64,000 nucleotides of DNA from Candidatus Poribacteria bacterium (GTDB lineage Bacteria; Poribacteria; WGA-4E; PCPOR2b), in the NCBI GenBank assembly GCA_965223985.1, contig OZ245030.1, positions 1,924,029 through 1,988,028 of the forward strand, written 5' to 3'. The number at the start of each line of letters is the position of its first letter. The stretch's first letter is position 1. The notes under the pieces were generated by a model, which saw only the letters and a program-made list of their open reading frames with translations, was not told the origin of the DNA and did no database searches. The position numbers and the translations under genes were made by a program. Shown here one piece after another: positions 39,409 to 50,209 of this stretch.

Positions 39409-40251
39409 TTGGAAACACATGACTGTGAGCCGACGTTGACCGACACACAAGTGGTCGAGTTCTGCAAGCAGGGCTACCTAATGTTGAAGGGTGTTGTGCC
39501 GGAGGAGATTAACCGGCGTGTGTGTGAATGTGTGGGGGGTGGCTTCGAAGATGGGAGACTGCTTCAAGAGGACTGGTTTCGTGATAGCGTGATTCTCAAT
39601 CAGCAGGCGGCTGGAGCGGTGCGGTCGCTGTTGGGAAAGCAGTTTTCCACACCGGTTGGGTTGTACAATCATCGGGTTGAGTGTCCTGCTCCATCTCAGC
39701 ATTGGCACCGGGACGGGGGATCGCGTCACGAACCAGAACTAAATCATTTGCAGGTGTTCTATTATCCGAAGGATACTCCAGTAGAGCTTGGGCCAACAGA
39801 GGTATTACCTTGTTCCCATTTTTTCTTCTGCTTCCAGAGTTGGATGGAGCACTACGCCAACATAAAGGGGACGATTAAAACAGCCGCGCCGGCGGGTTCG
39901 ATTTTCATCACGGTTTATTCGATATGGCATCGGCGTCCTGTTTCTACCGGGCATGGCGTTCGCGATATGTTGAAATACTGCTATTGGCGAACGGTACCAC
40001 CTCAACGGGATTGGGTTGTCGAACCCGACTTCGATCCGGCAACTGCCTCATATAGCCTGAATGGCGCAATTTCCCAGCCGCCTCGGCAGCAGTTTGACGA
40101 TTGGAACGATGCTGCGCGGATGTTTTACTGGTTGTGTGGAGAGTCCAACGAGTTGCACACAGTATTGGGCGGCGAGGGATGGCCTCCAGGATATCCCCCA
40201 CCCCGTCCTGATGGTCAGATATATCCGCCCAAAGGATTCCGCCGGTTTTGA
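39409..40251 (+). CDS. PhyH-family dioxygenase, paralog 4, with Pro/Gly-rich C-terminal extension
   Basis: WHRDGG / PCSHF; extra tail GGEGWPPGYPPPRPDGQIYPPKGFRRF. Confidence 0.65.
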   Translation: METHDCEPTLTDTQVVEFCKQGYLMLKGVVPEEINRRVCECVGGGFEDGRLLQEDWFRDSVILNQQAAGAVRSLLGKQFSTPVGLYNHRVECPAPSQHWHRDGGSRHEPELNHLQVFYYPKDTPVELGPTEVLPCSHFFFCFQSWMEHYANIKGTIKTAAPAGSIFITVYSIWHRRPVSTGHGVRDMLKYCYWRTVPPQRDWVVEPDFDPATASYSLNGAISQPPRQQFDDWNDAARMFYWLCGESNELHTVLGGEGWPPGYPPPRPDGQIYPPKGFRRF

Positions 40252-40758
40252 ATAATTTAATCTCCAGCGCAGATTCTCATCAACTGTAGATCCCGGTAAT
40301 TGACGCCGAAAAGAGGAGAACCACAACACCCTGTTGTTGAGGACGGCAAACCCGCACACTCCCCCATCGGGTGCAGCACGCAGAAACCTACTCGGTTCCG
40401 CAGGAAAGTCAAGCGTGCCTGACCATCCATGATGAAGTTGATTGTTCTCTGTACGTCGCCGATGATAGTGCCTTTCCAGAAGAAGTCAATCTCGCTTCGT
40501 CTGTTTTCTACGTCGAAAGTAATGTGGAAGGAGTCAATAGTGTGCTCGATTTGCAGACACGAGAGAGCCGATGGCAGAGTGTTCCAGTTAGATCTCGAAT
40601 GGCTACGTACACCCGGCGGAGGATTTCTTGATTGCCCAGCCGAATATAGCGCAAATCGCCTGCTTCAAAGATTAGCGATAAGGGCCCGGCGCGGAGTTGC
40701 TTCCGGTCGGGCAGGGGCTCATCTTTTCCGTAATACAACGTTCTAAGTGGCAGTTGGT

Positions 40759-41811
40759 TCATTTTGCCTCTGTCGTGCGGGCTGCATAGCGACGCAACTT
40801 CTCTTGCAGGCAAATGTGGTCGAGGACCTCACGGTTCACTACGCTGCGTGGAATCTGTCCAGTTGCGACATCCAGAATACTTTGACATGCATCGCGCCCC
40901 ATAGCCTGGAAACATTCGTCTGTCCAGCAGATGGAGTGTGGCGTGACAATGACGTTATCTAGTGTCAGGATGGGATGATTTTTATCGATCGGTTCCTCCT
41001 CGAACACATCCAGCCCAGCACCGCGGATACGCCTTTCCCGCAGCGCGTCGGTGAGCGCGTCTTGATCTACGATGGGGCCGCGGGCAGTGTTGATTAGGTA
41101 AGCAGTTTTTTTCATCAGCGCAAGCCGTTCTGCGTTAATGAGGTGACGGGTCTCCGGAGTTAGAGCGCAGCAGATACAGACGAAGTCCGCTGTTTGGAGC
41201 AAGGTTTCTAGATTCATCAGTTCCACACCCGTTCCAGCCACTTCTGCTGTGCGTACGTAGGGATCGTATGCCAAGTGGCGCATCCCAAACGGCTGAACTA
41301 GGGCGAATACCTCGCGTCCGATATTGCCCAAGCCGACCATGCCGAGCGCACGTCCGGTGAGGCCCATTCCCATAGCGTCAAGCCGGTCTGTCCAGCGCCC
41401 GGAGCGAGTCAGATGGTCTTTGATAAGCAACTTGTGGCTGAGCGCTAGAATAAAAGCTATGATGGACGATGCCACAGGACGCCGTACGCCATCAGGTGTG
41501 ATGGTCAACAACACTCCATTCTTCGTACAGGCTTCCACATCCACTGTGTCGTACCCCACCCCAAACCGTGCTAAGATCGCTAGGCGATCCGCCCTATGCA
41601 ATGTGTCAGCGGTCACCCGCCGTCCGAGCAAGAACAACCCGTCATAATCCTGCACATGGTCTGCGTGCAACGTCTGGGCGTCATCTGCCAAGAGTTCGTA
41701 TTCCACACCCGGCGCGGTAGCTAGCAGGCTCAAGCCCATGTTGTCAAAGCTGAACGTGCCATCTGGTCTGACGAAGTCGCGGGTGATTCCGACGCGAAAT
41801 GTCTGACGCAT
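40759..41811 (-). CDS. D-isomer-specific 2-hydroxyacid dehydrogenase family protein
   Basis: ORF 40759-41853, likely start 41811 after AAGGAGAG; NAD-binding GLGNIGREV. Confidence 0.75.
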   Translation of the reverse strand: MRQTFRVGITRDFVRPDGTFSFDNMGLSLLATAPGVEYELLADDAQTLHADHVQDYDGLFLLGRRVTADTLHRADRLAILARFGVGYDTVDVEACTKNGVLLTITPDGVRRPVASSIIAFILALSHKLLIKDHLTRSGRWTDRLDAMGMGLTGRALGMVGLGNIGREVFALVQPFGMRHLAYDPYVRTAEVAGTGVELMNLETLLQTADFVCICCALTPETRHLINAERLALMKKTAYLINTARGPIVDQDALTDALRERRIRGAGLDVFEEEPIDKNHPILTLDNVIVTPHSICWTDECFQAMGRDACQSILDVATGQIPRSVVNREVLDHICLQEKLRRYAARTTEAK

Positions 41812-42144
41812 TGGTTTCTCTCTCCTTGCACAGAAGGGTTTCCCATTATTCAACTTGGAACAACAAGTATAGCAGAGATTTGATTGGTGGTCAATCGGAT
41901 ATTAATGTCGAAATCTATGTCAGTTAGCACGAATAAAGATCTAACCCTGTAGGGCACATCAATATCAATGTGCTGAAATGATTGGCAGTTTCTTGATGGA
42001 AAATTGGGCATAATCCTCCCGCGAATATTGGCGGGAAGTGCCGAAAATTACGAATACTTTGACAGGACTACCCATGTGAAATGCCTTGTAAGTAGCACAA
42101 CTAGAACCCGGTCAAACCTGCGGAGTTCGTCTGTTGTTTAATCG

Positions 42145-42160
42145 TGGCATATTTATTGCT
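42145..42160 (+). promoter_or_regulatory. Candidate sigma-54 (-24/-12) promoter upstream of amtB
   Basis: TGGCAT-N5-TTGCT with canonical GG-to-GC spacing, ~245 nt upstream of amtB start. Confidence 0.45.
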
Positions 42161-42401
42161 CAGTTGTCCATCGCAGTACAGTTGGCAAGTCTGGCGAGAG
42201 TGGGGATGGTTCAGAACTCAGCTTGGCCTTTGGGTTCAGGCGCTAGGAATTTTCTTACGTTTTAGCAACCTCCCGATTTAGTGGTGACCATCAGGTTGCC
42301 TTATATCTATACGTATATCGCTGCTGTCAAAGCGAAGCATTGGGGACAGCGTTCGTAAAAATTCATTAAATTTACATCGGATTGAAAGGGGAATCTCCAA
42401 A

Positions 42402-43769
42402 ATGAGAAAGTTACTGATGAACGGTTCCCGGATTTGGGTAACCGTTCTGATTTTCACACTACTTCTAAGTGTGAACGCTTTTGCGTTGAACGGTATGGTA
42501 GAAGGTAAAGAAATCGACGAATCAAAGTATATTGCTGACACCCTCTGGGTATTGGTCGCTGCATTTCTGGTTTTCTTTATGCAGGCAGGCTTCGCGATGG
42601 TCGAAGCCGGATTCACCCGTGCAAAGAATGCAGTCAACATCTTGATGAAGAATTTAATTGATTTCTCAATTGGGTCGCTTGCATATTGGGCAGTCGGATT
42701 CGCGATAATGTTCGGCACTGGAGGATGGTTCATGGGGTTTAGCGGATGGTTTGTCCCAGCAGAAACCGATGCTTTCAGTTCTCTAGAATGGTCTTCTGTT
42801 CCAACGCACGCCGCATGGCTCTTCCAACTGGTCTTCGCCGCAACTGCAGCGACAATCGTTTCCGGCGCAATGGCGGAGCGCACAAAATTCAAGAGCTATT
42901 TGGTTTATAGCATTTTCATCACCGGTATTATCTATCCCGTTGCCGGACATTGGATCTGGGGCGGTGGTTGGCTGTCAAATCTGGGCATGTTAGATTTTGC
43001 CGGCTCGACGGTTGTTCATTCAACAGGCGGGTGGCTTGCGTTAATGGGAGCCATTGTGTTGGGCGCCCGCACCGGCAAATTCGATGGCAATGGCAGACCG
43101 CGTGTGATTGCCGGGCACAACCTGCCCCTGGCAGCGCTCGGTGTGTTTATTCTGTGGCTTGGTTGGTTCGGGTTTAATCCTGGGAGCCAAATGGCGGCAG
43201 ACCCGAGTGCCATCGCTTTAATTGCAGTTACCACAAACATCGCGGCAGCAGCCGGCGCGATTGCTAGCATGATTACCGCTTGGGTAAGGCTTGGAAAACC
43301 CGATGCCGGTATGGCGCTTAACGGTGCCTTGGCTGGACTTGTTGCAATTACTGCCCCATGTGCGTTTGTCGAACCGTGGGCGGCAGTGGTAATCGGTGCA
43401 ATCGCAGGGGTTGTTGTCGTATTCTCTGTTCTGCTGTTGGAAAACTTACGAATCGACGATCCCGTTGGTGCAATCTCCGTTCACGGCACTTGCGGCGCAT
43501 TGGGAACGATATTACTTGGCGTGTTCCACAACGAGCAAGGAATTCTATACGCGGCGGATAAGGGCGCAGCCTTCAAATTCCTCGGTGTCCAATTCCTCGG
43601 TGTTTTCGCTGTTTTAGCGTGGTGTGTGGTTACGGGGTATATCTTGTTTTCCGCCATCAAAGCTGTCGTTGGTTTGCGCGTCAGCCAAGAAGAAGAGATG
43701 GAAGGTTTGGATTTAGGTGAACACGGTGCAAGGGCCTATCCGGATTTTTCAGTTTCGTCCATACATTAA
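42402..43769 (+). CDS. amtB: Ammonium transporter
   Basis: 455 aa; signal peptide, ~11 TM helices, conserved Amt segments (…DFAGSTVVHSTGGW…, …NGALAGLVAIT…). Confidence 0.9.
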   Translation: MRKLLMNGSRIWVTVLIFTLLLSVNAFALNGMVEGKEIDESKYIADTLWVLVAAFLVFFMQAGFAMVEAGFTRAKNAVNILMKNLIDFSIGSLAYWAVGFAIMFGTGGWFMGFSGWFVPAETDAFSSLEWSSVPTHAAWLFQLVFAATAATIVSGAMAERTKFKSYLVYSIFITGIIYPVAGHWIWGGGWLSNLGMLDFAGSTVVHSTGGWLALMGAIVLGARTGKFDGNGRPRVIAGHNLPLAALGVFILWLGWFGFNPGSQMAADPSAIALIAVTTNIAAAAGAIASMITAWVRLGKPDAGMALNGALAGLVAITAPCAFVEPWAAVVIGAIAGVVVVFSVLLLENLRIDDPVGAISVHGTCGALGTILLGVFHNEQGILYAADKGAAFKFLGVQFLGVFAVLAWCVVTGYILFSAIKAVVGLRVSQEEEMEGLDLGEHGARAYPDFSVSSIH

Positions 43770-43846
43770 CCGTGAGATAGTTCGTATTGAGGGATTAGGA
43801 TTAGGGCTTGTCATTGAACCCGAAGCCTAGTCCCCTAAATACTTGA

Positions 43847-44221
<375 letters not shown>

Positions 44222-44428
44222 CCTGAGTTTGATAAACGTTTAGACTCCGTCGGTCAAAAACAGCACCGTAGCGTCATAACTAATTCAATTTTCGACACGG
44301 ACAAGCAAGAGCGTCCATCTGCAAGAGAGTTACTCTCGCAGGTGGACGCTCTTTTCAGTCGAATGCGCGGACGCAATCTCCAGTGTTCCGCTGTAAACCG
44401 CCATTAGGGCTGCGGTTGTTTAATGGCG

Positions 44429-47344
44429 CTAATTGACGAAGATGTCCGCCAACCTGATTTCAACCACTTTGCCGACTTTTACCAACTGCTCCATATCTAT
44501 CTTGTTTTGGTCCCCAACAATGGAAATGAGCTTGTGACGGTTTCGCAGGTGTTCTTCATGGAATTGGAGCATCAGGTCGATCTTGGATTCTTGAATCTGT
44601 TCAAATCGCCATTTTCGCGGATCAATTGGGACCTCTAAGCGTTCCCATGAACGCACCGCTCCAATAACGTCTCGGAAGCCGAGTTTGGCGGTACGATAGC
44701 GATTCAGTATGGAATGACGCGCCTCAGCGAAACGTTCAGGAGATTCAGGTAGGTTGTCAATGAGGTCAATGAAGGCTTCCACAGCTACAGGTGTTTTATC
44801 GGCTTGGCAGGCAATATACCCCCACATCGAATTTTGATCGCCTTTGCGGCGACCCGTAGCGTATCTAGCGTGTGTTGCATAAGCAAGCGCGCGGGACTCT
44901 CGCAATTCTTGGAAGACGACGCCTGCCATCCCACCGGCGAAATAGGCGTTGTAAAGTTGGAGAGCTGGATTGTCAGCTTCATTATAGTCTTCATCACCGA
45001 ATTCGATATCCACCTGCGACTGCGCCATCTCTTTGTGAAAGAAGAAGATTTCAGTCTCTTCGGGAAGACGGACTTTGAGAAAATGGTAGCGCGGGGGCGT
45101 TTGCAAAGTACCCGAGATGGGGTGGTTCTTTGTTAGGTCATCCAGCACTTCATCCAGTGGCAACGAACCCACGTAACTGATGGTGTGTTTGTAGTTCAAG
45201 AGTTCTTTAATCTCTTTGTGGAGTTCATCTACCGTCAGCCGCCGGACAGCTTCACTGGGTAGCAAACGCAAATAGCGGGAGTCTTTGCCATATCGATTGT
45301 AATGCAGAAGGGCGCGGCGTATAGCACGGTAATTTTTCTTGGCATCTTCTCGGTTAATGAGAATAATTCTGATGAGTTCCTCCAGGGTCGTTGCATCAGC
45401 AGTTGGGTGCTTCAGAAGATCTAGTAGCAATACGAGAGATGCACTGAAATTTTCGTCGAGGCCTGAAATGGTGATTGCCGTTTCGTTGTCTTCAACGTCA
45501 ATGCTGAAGTCGGTTCCCAGTTTGTACCACTCCTTTTTTAAGCCTTCGGCGCTGTATTCTGAAGCGCCGGATTTATCGAGCAGTTGCGTGGCGATGTCCA
45601 ACTTATTATTGTGGCGGCTACCGAGATCGATGGAAATCGTGAGTGAAAACAGGTCGTTGATTGGATTCTGATCGTAGTAGAGCCTGACGCCATCGTGATA
45701 GTTAGTGATTTGATAGTCTTTATCCGATACAAAGACTGGCTCAATTTCTTTAACTGACATCGCAAAGATTTGTTTGGCAAAGGCGGACTGCCTCGCAGGA
45801 TCAATCTCGATGGTGTCAATTTGTGGTTTTTCGATGGATGGGACTTCGTGCTGTTCGTCCACACGATAGCCCGCTACATAGTTGTTGCTGAAATATCGGT
45901 TGGCTACCGTGACGAGGTCCTGTTTGGTCAGTTCTTCCATACGTGCAATTTCACCGACGGCGTCATCCCAATCCTGAAAAGACAGAAAAGCATCACGCAT
46001 CATCGTGACCCGGGCGGGATTTGACTCCAATTGCGCTTTCTGGGATTTCTTAAAATCGATCACAATTCCTGGCACCAACCACGCTTCAAACTCACCCTTT
46101 TTAATCAATTCAATCTGCTCCAGAAGCAGCTGTTCAACTGCTTCGAGAGGCTGTTCTTCTTTCGGAATGCCCCACAGGTATTGCACACCATCGTCGTTAT
46201 CCATGCTAGGATACGAGCCAGCCTGCCGCACCTTCTGTGCCTGATTTAAGTTCAGGTTAATCAACCCGGCGGTCGCATTATCCAAAATCATATCAATTAG
46301 TTTCAGGGCTTCCGCGTCCTTGTGATTGCGGCTCGCCGTTCGGAATGCGAGGAGGACATACTCCTCCCCCCGATATTTGACTGTAACACGTTCAGCACCC
46401 TTCAGCGGTTCTTCATTCCACACTTTTGCTTGGGGCAGCTTTTTTGGCTGCCACCGGGAAAAATGCTCGTCAATCATTCGGATGGTTCCCTCGGCATTGA
46501 TGTCGCCGGAGATGTGAATTGCCATGTTGTTGGGCACATAGTAGGTATGGTAGAATTCGTACATCTTTTTTAGAGATGGATTCTTCAAGTGTTCGCCCGA
46601 GCCAAGAGTTGTCTGTTGTCCATAGGGGTGATTTTTATAGAGCAACTGCTTGACTGCTTCACTAATGATTCGGCGTTTGCTGTCCAACGACCGGTTCTTT
46701 TCCTCATAGACAGTTTCCAACTCGGTCTGAAAGAGGCGGAAGACGGGCTCAATGAAGCGATCGGATTCTATCATCATCCACTGATACAGCCGGTTCGCAG
46801 GCAGATCCACGGTGTAAACGGTTTCCTCCACCCAGGTATGTGCATTGACATATCGTCCGCCCATCGCTTTGTAGAGCTTGTCGAGTTCGTTGGGGATACC
46901 GTATTGCGCAGCGAGTTGAGATGCCTGATTAATTTCAGCGTAGATTTTCACACGATTCTCTGGATCAGTTTCATGGAAATGCGCTTCGTAGAGATCGGTA
47001 ATTTTGTCTAGATGCGGTTTCTCTTTTTCGTAGTCAAGGGTGCCCACATTCTGGGTTCCCTTAAAGAGCATGTGCTCCAGATAGTGAGCGATACCGGTTG
47101 CTTCAGCCGGATCATGCTTGCTGCCCGCACGCACAGAAATCTCTGCGTAGAAGCGGGGCTCTTCACGGTTTTCTGTGAGATAAACCGTCAAGCCGTTGTC
47201 CAATTGATAAATCTGGGCAGACATTAAATCGGCAGGGTTTGGATCATTGATGCGTCTATAGCCAGCCCAGCTAGTAGATACAGTCAAGCCGAGAACAAAA
47301 ACTGAAACAAATATTTTGTACAAAACCTCTTTTTTCCGATACAT
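44429..47344 (-). CDS. Large secreted M16 family zinc peptidase (two-repeat PqqL-like insulinase)
   Basis: ORF 44429-47479; likely start ATG 47344 (MYRKKEVLYKIFVSVFVLGL signal peptide), which removes the overlap with the upstream gene; zinc motif HYLEHMLFKG. Confidence 0.8.
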   Translation of the reverse strand: MYRKKEVLYKIFVSVFVLGLTVSTSWAGYRRINDPNPADLMSAQIYQLDNGLTVYLTENREEPRFYAEISVRAGSKHDPAEATGIAHYLEHMLFKGTQNVGTLDYEKEKPHLDKITDLYEAHFHETDPENRVKIYAEINQASQLAAQYGIPNELDKLYKAMGGRYVNAHTWVEETVYTVDLPANRLYQWMMIESDRFIEPVFRLFQTELETVYEEKNRSLDSKRRIISEAVKQLLYKNHPYGQQTTLGSGEHLKNPSLKKMYEFYHTYYVPNNMAIHISGDINAEGTIRMIDEHFSRWQPKKLPQAKVWNEEPLKGAERVTVKYRGEEYVLLAFRTASRNHKDAEALKLIDMILDNATAGLINLNLNQAQKVRQAGSYPSMDNDDGVQYLWGIPKEEQPLEAVEQLLLEQIELIKKGEFEAWLVPGIVIDFKKSQKAQLESNPARVTMMRDAFLSFQDWDDAVGEIARMEELTKQDLVTVANRYFSNNYVAGYRVDEQHEVPSIEKPQIDTIEIDPARQSAFAKQIFAMSVKEIEPVFVSDKDYQITNYHDGVRLYYDQNPINDLFSLTISIDLGSRHNNKLDIATQLLDKSGASEYSAEGLKKEWYKLGTDFSIDVEDNETAITISGLDENFSASLVLLLDLLKHPTADATTLEELIRIILINREDAKKNYRAIRRALLHYNRYGKDSRYLRLLPSEAVRRLTVDELHKEIKELLNYKHTISYVGSLPLDEVLDDLTKNHPISGTLQTPPRYHFLKVRLPEETEIFFFHKEMAQSQVDIEFGDEDYNEADNPALQLYNAYFAGGMAGVVFQELRESRALAYATHARYATGRRKGDQNSMWGYIACQADKTPVAVEAFIDLIDNLPESPERFAEARHSILNRYRTAKLGFRDVIGAVRSWERLEVPIDPRKWRFEQIQESKIDLMLQFHEEHLRNRHKLISIVGDQNKIDMEQLVKVGKVVEIRLADIFVN

Positions 47345-47409
47345 TTTTTGGGTTCCCTTCTTGAGAATGTTTTGAAAATCTACAAATCGCAAATGATTCT
47401 CGAATCTTC

Positions 47410-48498
47410 CTAATAAACCCCCACTACGACTGTCTCCTGTAGGTCGGATAGCAACCGGAGATTCTGAACACCGCCCCAAGGGTATTGCTCAATCGGTTCA
47501 GCCCGTTCGGCTTCGTCTCTTTCTAAAAAGCGCGGCATAAAAAACTCTAGGGTCAACGTCGTCAGCATGACTCGACCGGTTTCACCATAATCGACAGGCT
47601 CTTCAGGGTTGTTGCGGTTGACCAGTTCAATCACAGCGCGAGGTTGTGGGGGATAGTAGATAATCGCATAATTGTCAGCGGGGTCAAACGGTTTGCAGCA
47701 CGCCAGACCCATCAGCGTGTTCCCGTAAGTCGGGACGAAATCAACCCCCGGCACCAATTCTTCACGGGCAAAGCGGTGAAACTGGGCATCCATTTCCGTC
47801 CCACCGCAAAAGATGCCTGTAATACCAATCTTTTGCAACGAAATCTTTTCGCACAGCGCCTCAAGAAGTTTGGGAGTTGTAAAAAGACACTGGATATTTT
47901 CATGGGCTCTTAAGATGTTCAATGCCTGATCGATGACATGGTCCTTGTAGGCGTCCAATTCTTGATGTTTCCCGTACTTAATCAATCTATTCACCCATCG
48001 CGGATCTAAATCCACCATAAAACAGATGCCACCTCGGTGTTGAGCTAAATACTCAACGGCAAGGCGCAATCGTCTCGGTCCGGTGGGGCCCAACATCAAC
48101 CAATCGCCCCCGTGTGGAAAGCTTTCATCGGAGAGGGTTTGACTAAAGAACTCGTAATCAATCTGAAAATCACGAACGTTGACGCGGGATTTGGGGACGC
48201 CGGTCGAACCGCCCGTTTCAAACACATACACCGGTTCCTTCGCGTACGCTTTTGGCACCCAACGTCGTACCGGTCCACCACGCAGCCATTCGTCCTGAAA
48301 ATGTCCCAGAATTTTTAGGTCATCATAGCCGCCAATTTCTTTGCGTGGGTCAAATTCGAGGTTCCTCGCAAATTCTAACCAGAACGGGGCGCCGGTCTCT
48401 GGACTGAAATGCCATTGAACAATTTCACGAACGTGGTCATCGAGTTGGCGGCGTGCCACTGCGATTTTTTGAGATAGAGAAGTGTTTAAGATTTCCAT
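47410..48498 (-). CDS. Adenylate-forming enzyme, PaaK/F390-synthetase-like (hypothetical)
   Basis: 362 aa; AMP-binding P-loop variant FETGGSTGVPK. Confidence 0.45.
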   Translation of the reverse strand: MEILNTSLSQKIAVARRQLDDHVREIVQWHFSPETGAPFWLEFARNLEFDPRKEIGGYDDLKILGHFQDEWLRGGPVRRWVPKAYAKEPVYVFETGGSTGVPKSRVNVRDFQIDYEFFSQTLSDESFPHGGDWLMLGPTGPRRLRLAVEYLAQHRGGICFMVDLDPRWVNRLIKYGKHQELDAYKDHVIDQALNILRAHENIQCLFTTPKLLEALCEKISLQKIGITGIFCGGTEMDAQFHRFAREELVPGVDFVPTYGNTLMGLACCKPFDPADNYAIIYYPPQPRAVIELVNRNNPEEPVDYGETGRVMLTTLTLEFFMPRFLERDEAERAEPIEQYPWGGVQNLRLLSDLQETVVVGVY

Positions 48499-48788
48499 AC
48501 TATCCTTTCTGTGGTTAGTCGCCTTTGGGTGAGATGACCTCGATAAGACGGCAAAACTCCTTACTAAAAAGGCGGGTACAATCCTCTGTTAAGGCATTCT
48601 TAATAATCTCACTGCTTGGAAGTTTCTATTGACACCTTATCGTTCTGTGTGCTAGACTTGAAGTTGCCAGTTGTTGGTCTATATCTTATCAAAGGGGAGG
48701 ATTTATTCGCCGTGTCCTCATCCACTTCACATTTGGGAATCAGCCAGCGATTATGGTGAACATCTGCAACAGACTCGAAGGTGCAAAA

Positions 48789-49445
48789 ATGCAAAACGAG
48801 TTGGGTAGAGAAATATCTGAGGATGAACTTCCACTTTTTCCATTGCACGTTGTGTTGTTTCCCGGCACTATACTTCCTCTCCACATTTTTGAGCCGCGGT
48901 ATCGATTGATGATTCAATTCTGCTTGGACAACGAACGTCCTTTCGGGGTTGTTCTCATCAAAGAGGGGCACGAAGTGGGCGAGCCAGCCGAACCTTTTCT
49001 CGTTGGTACATCGGTTCAAATCATCGAAGTGGATCGGCTGAAGGATGGTCGGATAAACCTGATAACCCTCGGACAGCATCGCTTTGAAGTCGTAGATATT
49101 ACGCAATATGAACCGTATTTGGTCGGCAGAGTCAGCGTTCTGGATATAGAGGATATTGAGGCGGACGAAAACCTCCAATCGCTTGCGGCGAAAGCCAGCC
49201 AGTTATACCAGGACTATGAATCCCTGTTGGCAAAACTAATGCCGGGGTGGGAGACGCCGCAGGACATTCCGGCATCCCCGTGCCCTCTATCTTACCAGAT
49301 TGGTGCAAGGCTTCAAATCCCTTTGGAGGAATCACAGCAGTTGCTTGAAACGTTGCCGATCGATCAGCTTATGACTCACGAAATCGAGATTCTTGAACGA
49401 GAGAACCGACAATTGAGAATTAGGCTAATTGCCCAAAGTAATTAA
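48789..49445 (+). CDS. LON N-terminal (substrate-binding) domain protein
   Basis: ORF 48753-49445, likely start 48789; LPLFPLHVVLFPGTILPLHIFEPRYRLM is the canonical Lon N-domain opening. Confidence 0.65.
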   Translation: MQNELGREISEDELPLFPLHVVLFPGTILPLHIFEPRYRLMIQFCLDNERPFGVVLIKEGHEVGEPAEPFLVGTSVQIIEVDRLKDGRINLITLGQHRFEVVDITQYEPYLVGRVSVLDIEDIEADENLQSLAAKASQLYQDYESLLAKLMPGWETPQDIPASPCPLSYQIGARLQIPLEESQQLLETLPIDQLMTHEIEILERENRQLRIRLIAQSN

Positions 49446-49541
49446 GACCGCGTCTCCAACCCAAGCAGTGCTTGCCCCGATATTGAATTGCAGGAGTACA
49501 CTTTCAGATGCTTTTGCTAATTCTGAGACGAAGATGAACAC

Positions 49542-50186
49542 ATGCACCGCGCCTTAAGTTCAAACAACCCTTCCGATATATCTGCCGTCCAACTCAACGT
49601 GCGGGATTTTATTTATGTCTGCAACATTTTGTCCCTGGTGAGAATTGGGCTTGTTCCGCTTATCGTTTACAGCATTATCCGTCACCATCATTTGATGACG
49701 CTGGTTACAGGGAGTCTGGCTATTCTCTCTGACATACTTGACGGCTACTTTGCCCGGCGGTTGAATCAACAGTCGGATCTCGGAAAGATTTTGGATCCAA
49801 TCGCTGACAAATTGGTGATTGGTGTGGTTATTCTCGCGCTGGTTCTATCAAATCCAAAATTTCCTCTCTGGGCTTTGGGAATTGTCATCACTCGTGATCT
49901 TCTCATCGTTTTTGGAAACATAGTTATGTTTCGCCGAAAGCGAATCATTACGAAATCCAATCGTTGGGGCAAGGGCACAACTTTCGTCCTCTCAACAGCT
50001 TTGATGCTTTACGTTTTTAATGACTATTTTCCGGATTCAATCCCCTTCTATGTGCTAAGCATCGGTTTGGTGTTAGCGCTGATTTCTGCATGGAGCTATG
50101 GGCAGCGCTGGTTGTATCTCATGCAAATAAGTGATTCCGCCCAGCCAGTGGAGACCATTAACTCGAACAAGTCCCCATCCTCATAG
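49542..50186 (+). CDS. CDP-alcohol phosphatidyltransferase family protein
   Basis: Motif DGYFARRLNQQSDLGKILDPIADKL (D-G-x2-A-R-x8-G-x3-D-x3-D); multiple TM helices; exact start uncertain. Confidence 0.7.
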   Translation: MHRALSSNNPSDISAVQLNVRDFIYVCNILSLVRIGLVPLIVYSIIRHHHLMTLVTGSLAILSDILDGYFARRLNQQSDLGKILDPIADKLVIGVVILALVLSNPKFPLWALGIVITRDLLIVFGNIVMFRRKRIITKSNRWGKGTTFVLSTALMLYVFNDYFPDSIPFYVLSIGLVLALISAWSYGQRWLYLMQISDSAQPVETINSNKSPSS

Positions 50187-50209
50187 CGGCAGAAAGGAAA
50201 TGCTGTCGA

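Noticed and set aside
28840-40251. CRISPR array or other short-period repeat behind the repetitive look of this region
   Set aside because: The repeats are 0.8-1 kb gene-length paralogs with coding potential, not 25-40-bp direct repeats with spacers.
47410-47479. 70-bp overlap between the large M16 peptidase and the upstream adenylate-forming gene
   Set aside because: The M16 N-terminal 45 codons lack a signal peptide. The ATG at 47344 begins a clear signal peptide, and using it removes the overlap.
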